Made by a program: the position numbers and the translations under genes
Shown: one piece after another, positions 8,959-18,685 of the stretch
Numbering within the stretch: position 1 is the stretch's first letter
Layout of the letters: the number at the start of each line of letters is the position of its first letter
IMG/VR virus record: IMGVR_UViG_3300005512_000016
Location: 1-64,000 of that record
Direction: 5' to 3' (one strand)
DNA length: 64,000 bases
From: an uncultured virus (IMG/VR IMGVR_UViG_3300005512_000016)
Taxonomy: Duplodnaviria > Heunggongvirae > Uroviricota > Caudoviricetes
The notes under the pieces: generated by a model
Seen by the model: the letters and a program-made list of their open reading frames with translations, nothing else
Told to the model about the DNA's origin: nothing
Database searches by the model: none

Positions 8959-11206
8959 TATATGTTTTGTATTTGCCTCAGCAGCAGAGAAAAACGCAGA
9001 TAAGATTGTAGGTAAATATCTTAAAGATATTGACTATGATATACAGTTTCTAAGTTCTGGGTCTAAAGATAAAATACTTAAAAAAGATATTGATTTAGAA
9101 ATGTCAGTACTTGATAGTTATAAGTTAGTTTGTCCTATAGGTGCAGATGCACTAAAATATGTTACTGGTATTACAGGTATAACTAAATACAACGGTGTAC
9201 ATTTAGAAAAAAAATATATGCCTATTGTCCACCCAAATATGGCAATAGTAAAACCACAGATGGAAGATGAGATTAAAAAAGCATTTAGTAGAATACTTCC
9301 TATACTTAATGACGAAGATTCGGGTAAACAGATTGAAAAAGATTATAAACACATTGAAACCGTAGCAGAACTAGATGAATATAGAGATCAATTAGAAGCT
9401 GCTAAAACTTTAGTTGTTGATATTGAAACAACCTCTGTGTCTCCACACACAGGATCAATACTTGGTATTGCAATGTCTACAAAACCAAACCAAGGATTAT
9501 ATGTATCAATCGATGTAGTAAATAATCTTTATACTTACTTTCAAGAATTGTTTAATGATAGAAAATGTATATTTCATAATGCAAAATTTGATATGGGTTT
9601 TATGGAACATGAGTTAAAATTTTCTTTTCCTGATTGGGAAGATACTATGTTATTACATTATTGTTTAGAAGAATCAGTTGGAACACACGGTCTAAAACCC
9701 CTTGCTCTTAGATTTACTGATCTTGGAGATTATGAGAGAGAACTTGATGAATATAAAAAGTCATGGGCTAGAAGAAATAAAGTAAAACTAGCAGACTTCA
9801 ATTATGGTATGTTGCCCGCTGACATACTTGCTCCTTACGCGTGTAAAGATGCGGATGCAACTTTTCAATTATACAATAAGTTTAAGCCGCTGGTTGATAA
9901 GAGTAAAGAATTTACAAGACTATATACAACCATTCTTAAACCTGCAACTATCGCATTAAAACGTTTAGAGAAAAACGGTGGCCCAGTTGATACTACAGCA
10001 GTAGACGCTTTACAAAAATCTTATCAAATAGATGTTGAAGAATGTATAGATGAAATTTCAAATAATAGTGCAGTTCAAAGATTCGAAAGAATACATAATA
10101 AAACTTTTAACCCAAACTCAACTATGCAACTTCGAGAATTGTTTTTTAATATCTTAGCAATTAAACCTACAAAGAAAACAGAAACAGGTGCACACAGTGT
10201 AGATAAAGAGGTATTGCAAAATATGAACCACCCTCTAGCTGAAGCGGTGCTCGATCTCAGAGAAAAATCTAAAATGGCAGGCACTTATATTTCTAACATA
10301 CAACAAGGAGTAGATAGTGACGGAAGACTTAGAAGCGGTTTTAATATTCATGGGACCACCAGTGGTCGCCTTAGTAGTAGTGGGAATCTCAACTACCAAA
10401 ATATACCAAGAGACAACAAAGACATTAAAAAACTTTTCAAAGCACGAGAAGGTTTTAAAATTGTTCAGTGTGACCTCGGCACTGCAGAAGTCTATTATGC
10501 AGCTATGCTTAGTAATGATTCATTCCTACAAAAAGCTTTTATTGATAAATTGGACTTTCACTCGTATGTTGCAAAACAAATGTTTAACCTCACTTGTGAA
10601 GTATCAGAAGTTAAATCAAAATATCCAGCACAGAGACAGTATGCAAAGGCTATTACCTTCGGGATTATGTATCAAGCAGGACCTGCAAAAATCGCAGAGA
10701 CAGTTAATAAAGACGCAGTACCAGGAGAAGAAATAAGCATTCCACAAGCTAAGTTATTCATTAATAAATACTTCAATGAAGCAAGAGCACTTAAACGTTT
10801 TATAGATGCGTCAAATCAACAGATAGAAAATTATGCTTATATATATTCTTTTTTTGGTAGAAAGCGTAGACTTCCAGAATCTAAATCACCAAACCCAGGA
10901 GTATCAAAACACGCAATACGATCAGGTGTTAACTTCTTAGTTCAAAGTGTGGCTTCAGATATTAATATTATGGGTGTTATTGATCTGATAAAGTGGATTG
11001 ATGAGAATAATTATCACAATGATATCTTACCTTTTACTGTGGTTCATGACTCTATTGTGTCAGAAGTGAGAGAAGATTTGATTGATACTTATATTCAAAA
11101 TACTAGAGAGTGTATACAAAGAGACCGAGGACTAAGTATACCTAACTGTCCTATAAAAGTTGATTTTGAAGTTGGGCCAAGTTGGGGAGAGTTAAGTGAG
11201 CTTTAA
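8951..11206 (+). CDS. polA: Family A DNA polymerase with N-terminal UDG-like domain and 3'-5' exonuclease
   Basis: Exo DIET, HNAKFD, YACKDAD; TTSGRLSS; motif A DLGTAE; motif B RQYAKAITFGIMY (Phe at the 762-equivalent position); motif C VHDS. Confidence 0.96.
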   Translation: MSDICFVFASAAEKNADKIVGKYLKDIDYDIQFLSSGSKDKILKKDIDLEMSVLDSYKLVCPIGADALKYVTGITGITKYNGVHLEKKYMPIVHPNMAIVKPQMEDEIKKAFSRILPILNDEDSGKQIEKDYKHIETVAELDEYRDQLEAAKTLVVDIETTSVSPHTGSILGIAMSTKPNQGLYVSIDVVNNLYTYFQELFNDRKCIFHNAKFDMGFMEHELKFSFPDWEDTMLLHYCLEESVGTHGLKPLALRFTDLGDYERELDEYKKSWARRNKVKLADFNYGMLPADILAPYACKDADATFQLYNKFKPLVDKSKEFTRLYTTILKPATIALKRLEKNGGPVDTTAVDALQKSYQIDVEECIDEISNNSAVQRFERIHNKTFNPNSTMQLRELFFNILAIKPTKKTETGAHSVDKEVLQNMNHPLAEAVLDLREKSKMAGTYISNIQQGVDSDGRLRSGFNIHGTTSGRLSSSGNLNYQNIPRDNKDIKKLFKAREGFKIVQCDLGTAEVYYAAMLSNDSFLQKAFIDKLDFHSYVAKQMFNLTCEVSEVKSKYPAQRQYAKAITFGIMYQAGPAKIAETVNKDAVPGEEISIPQAKLFINKYFNEARALKRFIDASNQQIENYAYIYSFFGRKRRLPESKSPNPGVSKHAIRSGVNFLVQSVASDINIMGVIDLIKWIDENNYHNDILPFTVVHDSIVSEVREDLIDTYIQNTRECIQRDRGLSIPNCPIKVDFEVGPSWGELSEL

Positions 11207-11741
11207 AGCTTTTACAGCAGCAACAATTATCATGGGATCTTTAACAAGTAAAGCTGCTCTTGGAGATGTATTTAACGGAAAACCTCCTAATAATCATATT
11301 GAGTGTATGGCAAAAAATATATATTTTGAAGCTAAGTCACAGTCACTTGTTGGTCAACTTGCTGTTGGATTAGTAGTATTAAACAGAGTAAAGAGTAAAG
11401 ATTTTCCTAATGATGTGTGTAAAGTAGTATATCAGGGACCTATTAGAGAGTCTTGGAAAACCAAAAAATATCCTAATCTTCCTAAAGAATTAAGAGAATA
11501 CTATCCTGTAAGACATCGGTGTCAATTTAGTTGGTATTGTGATGGATTTAAAGATACAATAAAAGAACCTTCAGTTTATGCAAACATACTATCAATAGCT
11601 ACAAAACTTATGGGAGATGTTTATGATTTTACAGATGGAGCTACCCATTATCATGCTACATACGTTTCTCCTGAATGGACTAATTTAGAGGTAGCATTTA
11701 CTATAGATGACCATATATTTTATAGACCTAAAAAGAAATGA
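11196..11741 (+). CDS. SleB-like cell wall hydrolase (Hydrolase_2)
   Basis: CMAKNIYFEA, AV..VVLNRV, CQFSWYCDG, TDGATHYHA, IDDHIFY. Confidence 0.9.
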   Translation: MSFKAFTAATIIMGSLTSKAALGDVFNGKPPNNHIECMAKNIYFEAKSQSLVGQLAVGLVVLNRVKSKDFPNDVCKVVYQGPIRESWKTKKYPNLPKELREYYPVRHRCQFSWYCDGFKDTIKEPSVYANILSIATKLMGDVYDFTDGATHYHATYVSPEWTNLEVAFTIDDHIFYRPKKK

Positions 11742-12196
11742 TTCAATATCCTATATTTTGTTTAAGAAAAAAACCGTATGATATCAAAATTGATACAACA
11801 ACGATTAAAATAAAGAAACATGAGCATTCGCACTTTGAGACTGTAGATGATAGAGATTTTGGTGGTGATTACTTTATGAGACTTTTACAAATAGAGCATC
11901 GAATAAGGTTTGATTTTACCTGTAGTAATTTACAAGAGATTATTTTATCAAATTGTAGATGGGGAATAGATTCTAATGCAAAAATTCATGAATTACCTAG
12001 TTTTAATAAAATTAGAAGTCAAAGAAGAAAAATAGTCAGAGCAAATAAGAATAGTATTTGGTTGCACAGAATATCTTATCCATTTAAAATTAAAACACAG
12101 GAAAATTTAAAAGGATCTATTGAAGGAAAATATGTAGATATAATAAAGATTGAGAATAAATGGTTTATAAAACGGTTTGTAGATGAACCTGTTTAA
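11738..12196 (+). CDS. Hypothetical protein, syntenic with the T5 ORF between pol and D10
   Basis: ATGA coupling; position. Confidence 0.6.
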   Translation: MIQYPIFCLRKKPYDIKIDTTTIKIKKHEHSHFETVDDRDFGGDYFMRLLQIEHRIRFDFTCSNLQEIILSNCRWGIDSNAKIHELPSFNKIRSQRRKIVRANKNSIWLHRISYPFKIKTQENLKGSIEGKYVDIIKIENKWFIKRFVDEPV

Positions 12197-12204
12197 ATGA
12201 GGAT

Positions 12205-12873
12205 ATGATGGCAAGACTAGCAACACCAATAGAATACGTCTTAGAGAAAGAAAAATACTTAAATATAGTCGAAGACGGAAGTAGATGGATCAATGTAAAT
12301 GGTCATGATATTTTTGGTTATTGCAGATATGCAAAGTTTTATGAACTAATGGTTACTAGTGCAAAAGGACCATGCGTATTTGTGGAAGTTGGAAGTTTTT
12401 TAGGTCAATCAACTGCTATACTTAGTTATTTAATTGATAAATATAAAAAACCAATCGTTATTGATTGTGTAGACATTTTTGATTTATCTGATTTTAGTGA
12501 TGGTGAACACGAAAGATATATAGGACAACTTGAAGGTAAGTTTTTTGAAACATTTTTAGCAAATATGAATAAATCTAAAACAATTCACAACATTAGGTAT
12601 ATTCATAAGGGAACTTCTGTTGAAGCAGCAAAAAAGTATCCAGAACATTCTATAGATTTAGTATACTTAGATGCTTCACACTTAAAAGAACATCTTCTGT
12701 GGGATTTAAAATCTTGGACACCTAAAGTCAAAAAAGATGGAGTTATTGCTGGTGATGATATAGATCATAAGGGTGTTTATGAGGCTTTAGAAGAGTTTTT
12801 TGAAAAAGACGAAAAAGGCATCAAAAATTCTAGAGGCACGGATTTTGGAACATGGGCTGTAGTGAAAGAATGA
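12205..12873 (+). CDS. Class I SAM methyltransferase (Methyltransf_24-like)
   Basis: VEVGSFLGQS, DLVYLDASH, GVIAGDD. Confidence 0.85.
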   Translation: MMARLATPIEYVLEKEKYLNIVEDGSRWINVNGHDIFGYCRYAKFYELMVTSAKGPCVFVEVGSFLGQSTAILSYLIDKYKKPIVIDCVDIFDLSDFSDGEHERYIGQLEGKFFETFLANMNKSKTIHNIRYIHKGTSVEAAKKYPEHSIDLVYLDASHLKEHLLWDLKSWTPKVKKDGVIAGDDIDHKGVYEALEEFFEKDEKGIKNSRGTDFGTWAVVKE

Positions 12874-14156
12874 AAAAGGCAAAAGTAAAAAAGATTTATC
12901 TTTCAGACAAAATATATATTAAAAAAACAGACGTTGAGGATGTAGATACGCTAGTATCTCTTTTTACATACGACACAGGTGAAGATATTCTTCAAACTTA
13001 CGATGAAACTGATACTCACTTTATTTTACCATCAAATAGTTTTGGTAAACTAGACTACGGTTCTGTTTCTGATAAAAGAACTTTCATAACTGCAAAAAGT
13101 AATCTTTCATTTGCTGGCAAATTAAGATGGGAACAAAAAGAAGTTGTAGACAAATTTCATACAAAAGGAAGAGCTAGAAGTGGTATTATACAAGCCCCTT
13201 GTGGTTGGGGAAAAACATTTACTGGTGTAGATATAATCGCAAGAAATAATGTTACAACTCTAGTTATGGTGCATACTAAACTTTTATTCAGACAATGGAT
13301 AGAAGAATTAGAAAAACAAGTTCCTGGGTGCAAGATAGGAATGATAGGAGACGGAATACTCGATATCCAAGATATTACAGTTGGTATATATAAAAGTGTT
13401 TATAATAACCTTAGTGATTTGCGTAATAGTTTTTCTTTAGTATTAGTAGACGAAGCACATTTATGTCCTGCAGAGTTATTTAGTACAGCACTTAATAACT
13501 TAAATGCTAAAATCAAGATAGGAATTAGTGCTACACCAAAAAGAAAAGACGGAAAACATGTGTATTTAGGAGACTATTTCACTCCTTTTATGGTTACGGC
13601 TAGAGACCCGAGAAAATTACAAGATCCAATGATTATGGTTAAAAGGACTGATTTTAGATTTCCAGTTATAGATCCAAAACGTGATTGGTCGCGCCAGTTG
13701 AACAAATTATGCGGTAATCAAGATTACTTGGCAGCTATCGCAAATATGGCGACTCAACTTATAGGTCAAAAACGATGTCCTTTGATTCTTGGTGAGCGAG
13801 TTCAAATGCTCAAAGACTTACAAGGAATGATAAAAGATAGTATATGTTTAATAGGAGAAACAGATGAATCAACTAGAAAAGACGTTCTTCAAAATGTTGG
13901 AGGAAAGTATAAAGCAGTCTTATCAACCAAACTCTTCGATGAAGGCATCAGTTGTCATCGTCTTGATACTCTTATTATCACTTGCCCTAACAATAATCCT
14001 ATAAAGTTAGAGCAAAGAATAGGTAGAATAATAAGAGAACATCCCGACAAACAAGTGCCTATGGTGGTAGACTTTTGGCTTAGTGGGCCAATAGTAGCTA
14101 GACAGCAAGCAAAAAGATTAGAGTGGTATAAACAACGTGGCTATTACATACTTTAA
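12870..14156 (+). CDS. SF2 helicase (T5 D10-like)
   Basis: APCGWGKT, DEAH, SAT, QRIGRI; start at the ATGA overlap. Confidence 0.92.
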   Translation: MKKAKVKKIYLSDKIYIKKTDVEDVDTLVSLFTYDTGEDILQTYDETDTHFILPSNSFGKLDYGSVSDKRTFITAKSNLSFAGKLRWEQKEVVDKFHTKGRARSGIIQAPCGWGKTFTGVDIIARNNVTTLVMVHTKLLFRQWIEELEKQVPGCKIGMIGDGILDIQDITVGIYKSVYNNLSDLRNSFSLVLVDEAHLCPAELFSTALNNLNAKIKIGISATPKRKDGKHVYLGDYFTPFMVTARDPRKLQDPMIMVKRTDFRFPVIDPKRDWSRQLNKLCGNQDYLAAIANMATQLIGQKRCPLILGERVQMLKDLQGMIKDSICLIGETDESTRKDVLQNVGGKYKAVLSTKLFDEGISCHRLDTLIITCPNNNPIKLEQRIGRIIREHPDKQVPMVVDFWLSGPIVARQQAKRLEWYKQRGYYIL

Positions 14157-14577
14157 TTGGTACGAGTTACACTCAAAAGCAAAGGGCGACCCTGCTGGAA
14201 TAATCATCTTGACTTATGGTCTAACTTCAAGTTATAATGTGAATACTTCTCAATACTTGATGAAAAAATTAAATATAAATCATATACCGCCTTTACTTTT
14301 TAGTAGAAAGCATTTGAGTCAGTCAAGATACAGAATAATATCAAACTATGTTACTAAAGAACCACAAAGTTATTTCAAAAACGAAAGGTTTTTATTTGCA
14401 AGAGTAAATGTTAGACATAAAGCATTATATTTACGAGCATTGTCAATGAGAGATATTGATGATAAAAATAATTTTATACCTAGACACTATTTTAATGAAG
14501 TAGCTAAAAACCCTTTTTTAAAAGTAACAGAAGATAAAATACATTTTATATACGAGTCTCCGCGAGGAGATACCTAA
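14137..14577 (+). CDS. Hypothetical protein between D10 and D11
   Basis: ORF with GTG start; T5-like synteny. Confidence 0.6.
   Translation: MAITYFNWYELHSKAKGDPAGIIILTYGLTSSYNVNTSQYLMKKLNINHIPPLLFSRKHLSQSRYRIISNYVTKEPQSYFKNERFLFARVNVRHKALYLRALSMRDIDDKNNFIPRHYFNEVAKNPFLKVTEDKIHFIYESPRGDT
14209..14238 (+). promoter_or_regulatory. Internal sigma70 promoter TTGACT-18-TATAAT upstream of D11
   Basis: Near-consensus hexamers. Confidence 0.6.
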
Positions 14578-14609
14578 ACTAAAGAACCAACGTTCACAAG
14601 GAGGATACT

Positions 14610-15269
14610 ATGGTAGCTTGGGATAAAGCAAGAGGTAAACAAAGCTCTGGGTCAAGCCAGCGCAAAGAAATCGAGAGACTATCTCTCTCGATCGGTGATA
14701 CTAAAGTTAGGTTGATAGGCGATGTAATGCCTAGATACTGCTACTGGGTTGTCACTACTGAAGGCAAAAAAATGCCTATAGAATGTCTTAGTTTTTCAAG
14801 AGAAACTGAGTCATTTGATAATAACGCTCAAGATCCTTTCAAGGAGATTGACACTGCAATATATTCAGACAAACCACAATTTTCATATGTCTGTAATGTA
14901 ATTGATAGAACAGATGGTAAAATTAAACTGTTCGATTTAAGAGCAACTATTTATTCTCAAATAGTAGACTATGCTTCTAACCCTGAATATGGTAACCCTG
15001 CTGATCCAGTAAAAGGTTATGATCTCACTGTAAAAAAAGAGAAGACAGGGCCACTTCCTCAAAATGTTAAGTATACTGTAGTTCCTGCAAGGAGCAACAT
15101 TGCCTTAACTGAAGACGAACAAAAGCTAGAACTTTTTGAACTAGATAGAATCTACAAACGTCAAACTTATGATGAGCAGAAAGAATGGCTATTGCAAAAT
15201 ACTGCATTCTTTTCCGCAGAAGCTGGTGATGAGTTTAAAGCTGTAGAAGATGTTGAGGACTTAGCATAA
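14610..15269 (+). CDS. T5 D11-like single-stranded DNA-binding protein
   Basis: PRYCYW, KKEKTGPLPQNVKY, acidic C-terminal tail; strong GGAGG SD. Confidence 0.85.
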   Translation: MVAWDKARGKQSSGSSQRKEIERLSLSIGDTKVRLIGDVMPRYCYWVVTTEGKKMPIECLSFSRETESFDNNAQDPFKEIDTAIYSDKPQFSYVCNVIDRTDGKIKLFDLRATIYSQIVDYASNPEYGNPADPVKGYDLTVKKEKTGPLPQNVKYTVVPARSNIALTEDEQKLELFELDRIYKRQTYDEQKEWLLQNTAFFSAEAGDEFKAVEDVEDLA

Positions 15270-16109
15270 ATGAAAAAAAAGTTATCTGATTTAGTTAGTA
15301 ATACTATAACTAGCGAAGGTAGCACAGATAATGCTCCAAAGAAAAAAAACTTTGGAGCATTCACTGATGTTACAGGTGATCAAGCGAAAATTGATCTTAA
15401 CATACTGAGAGAATATAATGTTTTCTTTGCAACTCCGTGTTATGGAGGAAATCTAACGGATCAGTACTTTTTAAGTATGTTTCGTTGCACACAAACGATG
15501 ATGAAAAACGGTATAAATTTTAGGATAACAACATTAAGGAATGAATCGTTAGTAACTAGAGCTAGAAATATTTTATCAGCAATGTTTATGGAAAGTGATT
15601 GTACTCATTTATTTTTTGTTGATGCTGACATAGAATTTGATGCAGAGTCAGTATTAAGAGCTTTAGCTTTTGATAAAGATATAATTGCGGGTGCTTATCC
15701 TAAAAAAGCACTACCTGTACAGTATGCACTGAATTTTAAATTTATTGACCCTACTAAAGGACAGATTAGAGTTCAGAATGGTGCTGCTGAAGTATTAGAT
15801 GCATCAACTGGTTTTTTCTGTATAAAAAAGAATGTATTTGATAAGATGAGAGAAGCATACCCAGAACTGCATTATAAGAATGATTCTAACATAGACAAAA
15901 AATACAATAAATATTGTTATTCATTTTTTGATACAATCCATGATAAAACAGATAATAGATATTTATCAGAAGATTACACTTTTTGCAGAAGATGGCAAGC
16001 TATAGGTGGAGAAATTTGGGTAGATTTATCTACAAAACTTAATCATGTAGGTAGTTATACTTTTGAAGGCGATCTCAGCAAAATAATAAATGTGGGAGCA
16101 GGCAAGTGA
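15270..16109 (+). CDS. GT-A-like glycosyltransferase
   Basis: ATPCYGG, NESLVTRARN, FFVDADI (DxD), STGF, YLSEDYTFC, HVG. Confidence 0.75.
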   Translation: MKKKLSDLVSNTITSEGSTDNAPKKKNFGAFTDVTGDQAKIDLNILREYNVFFATPCYGGNLTDQYFLSMFRCTQTMMKNGINFRITTLRNESLVTRARNILSAMFMESDCTHLFFVDADIEFDAESVLRALAFDKDIIAGAYPKKALPVQYALNFKFIDPTKGQIRVQNGAAEVLDASTGFFCIKKNVFDKMREAYPELHYKNDSNIDKKYNKYCYSFFDTIHDKTDNRYLSEDYTFCRRWQAIGGEIWVDLSTKLNHVGSYTFEGDLSKIINVGAGK

Positions 16110-16693
16110 AAAAGGGGATAGTTGTAAAAAAGAATGTATTTCAAATTGAAGAAGTAAAAGCAATACATGATTTTATCATAAAAAATGATATACTGTTTAA
16201 TAATCCCGTATTTACATCTGGACAACAAATCCCCGATTTTATAGGGTCTACAATACCTTTTAAAAGATTAGATAATAACTCACAAGAAATGTTCGGTATT
16301 AAACAGTTTTTAAACACTGTTAGATTCTTTACTCAAAAAATTATTCACGAAAGATCTGGAGAGTTACATATACCTGATAATACTGAACTAGTAAAGTGGA
16401 AAGAAGGTAGAGAGATGGGTCTTCACTCAGATAACTCTTGGCCAGATGGCTCTCAACAAGATCATCCTACTAACTTTAGAACATGGTCTGGTATATTTTA
16501 TATTAATGATGATTATGAAGGTGGTAAGATTGAGTTTCCATATAAAAAATATATGTATAAACCTAGAGCAAACTCTTTAGTAGTATTTCCTTCTACAAGT
16601 GATTATCTTCATGGAGTAACTAAGATTACTAAAGGAACTAGATACACAGTAGCTATGTGGTTTACACAAGACTTTGCTCACATTGAAATTTGA
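16106..16693 (+). CDS. 2OG-Fe(II) oxygenase, prolyl-4-hydroxylase-like
   Basis: HSD, YINDDYEGG, HGV..ITKGTRY. Confidence 0.9.
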   Translation: MKKGIVVKKNVFQIEEVKAIHDFIIKNDILFNNPVFTSGQQIPDFIGSTIPFKRLDNNSQEMFGIKQFLNTVRFFTQKIIHERSGELHIPDNTELVKWKEGREMGLHSDNSWPDGSQQDHPTNFRTWSGIFYINDDYEGGKIEFPYKKYMYKPRANSLVVFPSTSDYLHGVTKITKGTRYTVAMWFTQDFAHIEI

Positions 16694-18534
16694 TGAAATT
16701 TCTTAGTTTTGTTCAGGTTAACTATACAGCTAATTTTGAAGGTAATAAGTACTACCTTCCTTATTCTGTAGGATTACTATGGGCATATCTAAGCAGTTTT
16801 AAAGAAAATGAGTTTACATTAGATAAAATTATATTAAAAAGGGATCCCATATCTACTACAGCAAAGATACTATCCAAAAATACAGTAGTAGCTTTTTCGT
16901 GTTATCTCTGGAACAGAAATTACTGTCTGTCTCTTGCCAAAGAAGTGAAGAAATTAAATCCAAGTATCAAAATCGTTTTCGGAGGGCCGGAGCTTGAGGT
17001 ATCTGATATATCTTTTTTTAAAAAATTTCCTTTTATTGACGTTCATGTAATAAATGAAGGTGAAATTACTTTCAAAAATGTTTTAGACAATATTAATAGT
17101 CTTGATCAAGTCCCAGGTATTATCTGGAATGACCAAGGAAAGCTAACTGTTAACAAAGTAGCAACGCGGATTGATAATCTAGATAATATTCCATCTCCTT
17201 ATCTTACTGGGGTTTTTGATAAATTGATAGCGTCAAACCCAAACTTAGAATGGTCGGCGACTATAGAAACTAATAGAGGATGTCCTTATAAGTGTACTTT
17301 TTGTGATTGGGGTAGTTTAACTTACTCTAAAATTAGGAAATTCAATTTAGAAAGAGTATTATCGGAAATTAAATGGGTTTTTGATAATAAAAATGTAACT
17401 ACTATTGACTTAGCTGATGCTAATTTTGGTATATTTACTGAGCGCGATTCACGGATTGTAAACGCAATTATTGAACAAAAAAATACAACAGGTAAAAAAA
17501 TCAGCTTTACAACAAACTTTGCAAAAAATCAGAATAAAACAGTAGTTGAGATGGTTAAAAAATTAGCAAAAAATACAGATTCATCCGACTATCACACTGT
17601 ATCCCTTCAATCTCTAAATGAAAATGTTTTATCAGCTATTAAAAGAAAAAATCTTGCTGTTAACAAAATACAAGAAATATATGACATTGCTATTGAAAAT
17701 GACTTAACTTTAAAAGTAGAACTAATCTTAGGACTGCCCGAAGATACTTTAGAAACTTACAAAAAAACCATTTTTGATTTATATGAAATCTCACCCGAAA
17801 TCAGCATACAAGCTTATAGGCTTCAAGCTTTAAATAACTCTGAGCTATTCCTAACAAGTCAGGATACTGTATGGAAACCTATAAAGAATTACAACTCTGA
17901 GTCAGAAGAAGATGTAGATGAATATATCTCTTATGTTTATAGTACAAAAACACTACATCATGAAGATTTATTAGAAGCTTTGTGTTTTACTTGTTGGATT
18001 ATAGCATTTCATGTTTATGGTTTTTCTAATGTTTTAGCTAAAGAAGCGCGTGACAAAGGTATATCATATGAAAGTTTTTATAACGGGTTGTATGCTAGAT
18101 GTATAAAAGACAAGTACATCAATAAGTATTTTGAAGATTTTAAGAAGAACCAAACAGAGTGGTATAACAATGAAGAATCAACCATTGAAGAAGTAAAAGG
18201 ATTAAAATTTAATGCTCATAGGTCTATGTGGCATTTTATATCTAAAATACATGGCGACGAAGCGTTCACTCATATTTTTAAAATTTTAAAAGAGTACTGA
18301 AAAGAAATAAAAATTTTTAGTGATGAGTTATTTGGTTTACAACAAGTAGTACCAATTAACTTTAATAATCAAAGTGCATATCCGTTAACATTAAAATATA
18401 ATGATAAAGATTTTAAAGTAATTAACAAACATAAGGTAACTCATAATCATATACAGTTTATCAATGATTTATATTATAAGAGAGATATTGGGTGGGGCAA
18501 GGCTATTGTTAAAGAAGATACAAGTGTGACGTGA
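16693..18534 (+). CDS. B12-binding radical SAM enzyme with an in-frame TGA at 18298-18300 (readthrough or nonsense mutation)
   Basis: FSCYLWN, GGPE, EGE, ETNRGCPYKCTFCDWG (CxxxCxxC), DANFG; the frame stays open 77 codons past the TGA to 18534. Confidence 0.8.
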
Positions 18535-18540
18535 CGGTTA

Positions 18541-18657
18541 GGCAACTCCGTTGCCACGACTGCGTCTCTACGAGACACTAGCTAGAACACAGTGGTTCAA
18601 GCCTTATTCAATAGCTTTTCACCTGCCGGTGTAACGCTGTTCACTAGCTATTCAATA
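18541..18657. other. Intergenic multi-hairpin element (structured ssDNA or RNA)
   Basis: ggcaac-tcc-gttgcc, gtctc-tac-gagac, cacc-tgcc-ggtg, long stem tagctagaacacag/ctgttcactagcta. Confidence 0.65.
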
Positions 18658-18685
18658 TTTTTAGCATATTTTAGAAGGAATTGCA

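Noticed and set aside
18298..18300. Genome-wide TGA reassignment
   Set aside because: Many genes end at TGA in ATGA overlaps with complete C-termini; only one internal case was seen
18541..18657. tRNA or Sec-tRNA gene
   Set aside because: No cloverleaf with proper acceptor stem, anticodon arm or TTCRA T-arm geometry on either strand
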